Below, in pieces: positions 31,093-64,000 of a stretch of DNA of 64,000 bases. Numbering within the stretch: the first letter of the stretch is position 1; every line of letters begins with the position of its first letter. A model generated the notes under the pieces. It was given only the letters and a program-made list of their open reading frames with translations. It searched no databases and was not told the DNA's origin. Origin of the DNA: Amoebidium appalachense (lineage: Eukaryota > Protista > Ichthyosporea); contig CAVNZM010000012.1 of NCBI GenBank assembly GCA_963693365.1, positions 7,204,889-7,268,888 on the forward strand, written 5' to 3'. The position numbers and the translations under genes are program-made.

Positions 31093-31358
31093 TTGAGAAG
31101 GGGGGTGGGGGATGGGGGTTGGATGGGGGAGGGTGGGGAAGAAAAAGAGAGAGAAAGAGGGAGAGGGGGAATCCGACGGATTGAGGGGGGAGCGAGGGAG
31201 GCTAGGCAAGGGAGAGAGTCAGCCAGACAATACCCACAGCTCAAAGACTGCAACAGGCATGCACACGTACGACCAAACTTTATTGCTCCTTCGACGAATC
31301 TGCTACCGTTTTGTTCACATGCTTTGCAAAATCAAATGTAGTAGAGCTATCCAAATGG

Positions 31359-32199
31359 TCACACTCCACTTCTGCCCCCATGCTTCACAAACCACCATAT
31401 ATCCGTGATGTGAGGATAGGTGGTTTTCGCACTTCCACTTGCGCCGTCTGTATTTGAAGCGAACTCCGGGATGTTTGCTCGTACATACTCCCTGACCTCC
31501 CGTTCCAAATCTTTCTGATCGCTTTCCCGCAAAGATGCAATAAAACTAGTGCTGAGCACACGTGTCCAGATGTCATCTTCAGATACCTGTAAAGAAAAAT
31601 GAAATGCTGTGCAATTGCTTGGTGGTGAACATGTCACTTGTTTCCGGATGTGTAAAAACCTCCTCCCACCACCCCTTGTAATATTGAGGTGTGCTCCCAT
31701 CGTTTCTTCGTGATATTTTCCGGAATCCTTCCAGCCAGGGGTTGTTATCGTCCATTTTGTTCCATACAAGGGCAACACCACCACCTGGTTTCAAAACACG
31801 GTAAAACTCTCTCAGGGAATCCATGTTAGAAAACCAGTGAAACGCCTGTGCCGTCACGATGGCATTAACAGATGCATCCGAAAAAGGAAGTTTGGCTGCG
31901 GTGCCTTCCAAAATAGGCAAGTCTGGAAGCACCTCCACGAACTTCTGTCGCATTTCAGCAACGGGTTCCACAGCGACTAGCTTAATCTCAGGGTGTGTGG
32001 AATGAAAAACACGAGTGAACTTTCCCGTCCCAGCTGCAAGATCTACCACTATACTCTCTGAACCCAAGTTAAGAGTTTTCACAATGAAATGTACTGATTC
32101 ATTGGGGTATGATGGCCGTGAGGATTCATACGCCGATGCCTGAAGGGAAAAGCCCTTCGCTGCCACGGCATGTACCTCTCCAGACACTGGGTGAGCCAT
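31359..32199 (-). CDS. Class I SAM-dependent methyltransferase (Methyltransf_11 type), intronless, with an apparent 1-nt frameshift at 31595-31599
   Basis: AAKGF..ASAYESSRPSYP, VVDLAAGTGKFTR, AVEPVAEMR, GTAAKLP, AQAFHWF, YRVLKPGGGVALVWN. The C-terminus (DIWTRVLSTSFIASL...YPHITDIW) is in the adjacent frame and joins after removing one T from a T5 run on the coding strand. Confidence 0.88.
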
Positions 32200-33444
32200 C
32201 ACGTCAATTGTATACAACGTCTAGGGACCAAGGCTGTTAAACTAGCCGAGTGGGCAAGAAAAAGGACCAAACAGCAGATTCAAAGCACATATACAGTGTA
32301 CTATGTCTCTGTAGCTAAAATTAGGTTTGTGAAAGATGAATGTGGTGGGTGGAAGGAAAGAGTTGCAGATACATGGGAAATTGACCCTTGAACAACCCAA
32401 CGATTGTCTCAAGTTACCCAATGCTTTCCAGTGTAAGCAGCTACTGTTTTTACAGATATTATTGCTGTTTCATTTCAATTTATATAGCATTATCTATGCA
32501 GCACTACACATGAGCCCCGGAAGGGAGGGAGAACGAGAGAGAGACACAGAGAGCGAGCGAGCAAGCGAGTTTTTTTTTCAAGTTTTGGTTTTGTCGGGGT
32601 GCCAAATTTTTGAAAGGTTCATGCTGATTGGCTTCAATAGTTTTTGGCCGGTGCGTCAGTCTAAATTTAGCAACCGAGTGAGCCACAAGTTGACGCGCAG
32701 CGGAAAAGTGGCTGGAAAAGAGAGGAGGTAGGGGTAGGATGTAGGAATGTTGAGTTAGGCATGCATTCATGTTTAGTGCTAAGTTCATTTATTGACAAGG
32801 TGTTGTCATGTGTTTCATATAGCTTGGATTGGAAGTGAGGTGTTGCGGTTATTTTTGGGTCATTCAAGGCGGTTCACCGGTTCACCGAAACTTCATGCTA
32901 GCATTGGGGAGGGCAGAGCGATAATTTGTGTTCAATGAGCTAGATCCTTATGTTACCAACAACCACCATATGCACAACTAGTAAAGATATACGAGGAGAG
33001 TTAAGAAAAGAGGCCATGTGTGGCAGGATGACACTGCACCAGTGCTGACACGTCGACGAGCTTCAGTGGGGGAGAACTTTTTCAATGAAAGGCGCGAAGG
33101 GAAACGCAGTTGGGTTATTCCAGCTGTGAATTGAGAACAGGGTGCTCTAGCTGGGCTAGATTTCAAACCAATAAGGTGGGATTACACGCAAGTGTTAGAA
33201 ATGTGAAAAATGCTGGTGCTTGCACGCACGTACACATGTATACATAACCAGCGCACAGAGCCACACATATACGCACGAACCTCGCACACACACGCACACA
33301 CACACATGCACACACAAACACACACGCACAGACACACACACACATACACTCACACACACAAATACACGCAAAAACGCGCGCACTTGTGCGCGCGCACACA
33401 CACACGCACGCACGCACACACACATGCACACACACAAAGACGCA

Positions 33445-33535
<91 letters not shown>

Positions 33536-34233
33536 GCACGCGAAAGCACACGCACTTCTATGCCCGCATAGCTGAACGCGCAAATCTAAGCCTCATGTGC
33601 ACAAGCACGCGTGCGCACACACACACATGCAAACACTCAAACACACGCACATGCACGCACACACACATGTATGTGCCACAGACTTCACATTTGGTGCATT
33701 TCATTTGAGATTATATCCTTTTGGGTGAGCTCTGATTGTGTTAGGCTGGTGGGTTCGTAAGCACACCCGCACAAGTGTCAACACACGCACGCACGCACAA
33801 GCATGCGCGTACACACGCACAAACACGCAGAGACTCGCTAACCTTTCCTTCTTTCGTTGTTTCTTGACCCTCTATGTAAACACTAGCACTTTGCAGCACG
33901 ATGACAATAGTAATGTTCATTACGAACCTTCACCTTTCATCAAGCATTCAACGTTCACTTGCAACAACACCAATAGAGGATTACAAAAACCAGACACTAG
34001 GTTCTACAGGTGCGCATATGAATGCTTGCACCCACAAACACAACAAAAGCTCCAACTCACAAACAAAAAAAGTGTGGCACCCTTACCTACATACAGAATG
34101 CACGTTTCGGGATCTAATATACACTACGAAGAACACGAAGTAACAGATAGAAAGGATTGAACACGAGCATATGGCGGGGGGGAGGGGCGGAGGAAGGGGG
34201 AGATATTTTTTTCTTTTCTTCTTCTTTTTTTTT

Positions 34234-34264
<31 letters not shown>

Positions 34265-34534
34265 GGCGCGGGGGAAGAGGGGTGAGATCCAGTGGTGGTG
34301 AGGGGGGCTTTTTTTTTTTTCTGTGTCTCCTATTTCCTTCTTCCTTTCGTGTTTTTTGGGGGTGGGGAGTGGGTGGGGAAGGGCAAGTGCGTGTCTTCTT
34401 TGGGGGGGGGGGGGGGAAGGGGAGGGGGTGTGAGGGAAGGGAGGGAGGTTGGCGTTGTGTGTGTGTGTGGCCCGCGCGCACGCGCGCGCGCGCGCATGTA
34501 TGTGCATGTGTGTGTGCATGTGTGCATGTGTGTG

Positions 34535-34626
<92 letters not shown>

Positions 34627-34948
34627 CGCACACATGCGTTGTGGTGGGGAGGGGAGGGGGAAAGGGCGGAGGGAGAGAAGTGGGCAATGTTTCTATGTGC
34701 GTGCAAGTGCGCGCGTGCACGTGTGCGCGTGTGCGTGTGCATTCCTGCATGTGCATGTGTGTGTGTGTGTGCGTGCATGCGTGCGTGCGTACGTGTGTCT
34801 CCGCACATTCGTGTGTCTTTTTGCTTGAGGGGAGGTGGGGTTGGGGCAGGGGAGGCAGGGGACGGGGTTGGAGGGGGGGGGGGGGGGGGGGGAGGGGAAG
34901 GGGGGGGGCAGTGCTAGCCAGTGGCATGATCTCAAAAGGTTTTGGCAG

Positions 34949-63898
<28,950 letters not shown>

Positions 63899-64000
63899 GT
63901 ATCTATATGTTTGCCATTGCCCCCCCTCTCCCCCCCCTTCCCCCCCTCCCCCCCCCCCCCTCCCCCCCCCTCCCCCCCCCAAAAAAAAAAAAAAAAAAAA

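Noticed and set aside
31587-31660. Intron in the methyltransferase ending at TTTTTCTTTACAG|GT
   Set aside because: No convincing donor, and the intervening codons (EVFTHPETSDMFTTKQLHSISF) fit the expected protein spacing; a 1-nt indel is simpler.
32200-34948. Upstream Furry exons or another gene
   Set aside because: Mostly simple repeats, with no supportable exon identified.

Overview
Eukaryotic genomic DNA, very intron-rich and saturated with microsatellites and homopolymers. The gene mix suggests a unicellular holozoan such as an ichthyosporean (inference). Most ORF-track entries are artefacts of (CA)n/(GT)n/poly-C tracts. Five genes were reconstructed by hand: (1) an intronless CHX/Kha1-type cation/H+ antiporter (- strand, runs off the left edge); (2) an 18-exon Groucho/TLE co-repressor with Q domain and WD40 propeller; (3) a 5-exon SUT/SLC45-like MFS sugar transporter; (4) an intronless class I SAM methyltransferase (- strand); (5) at least 35 exons of a Furry/MOR2/TAO3 gene running off the right edge. 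The most unusual biology is in the introns. Many splice sites are built directly out of (GT)n and (CA)n microsatellites or A-tracts with no polypyrimidine tract. Introns often show G/GT-to-C/CA polarity. Degenerate copies of the exon-intron junction recur inside introns. Two related poly-C-terminated repeat families occur only in introns and only in sense orientation. One intron holds a 272-bp palindrome.
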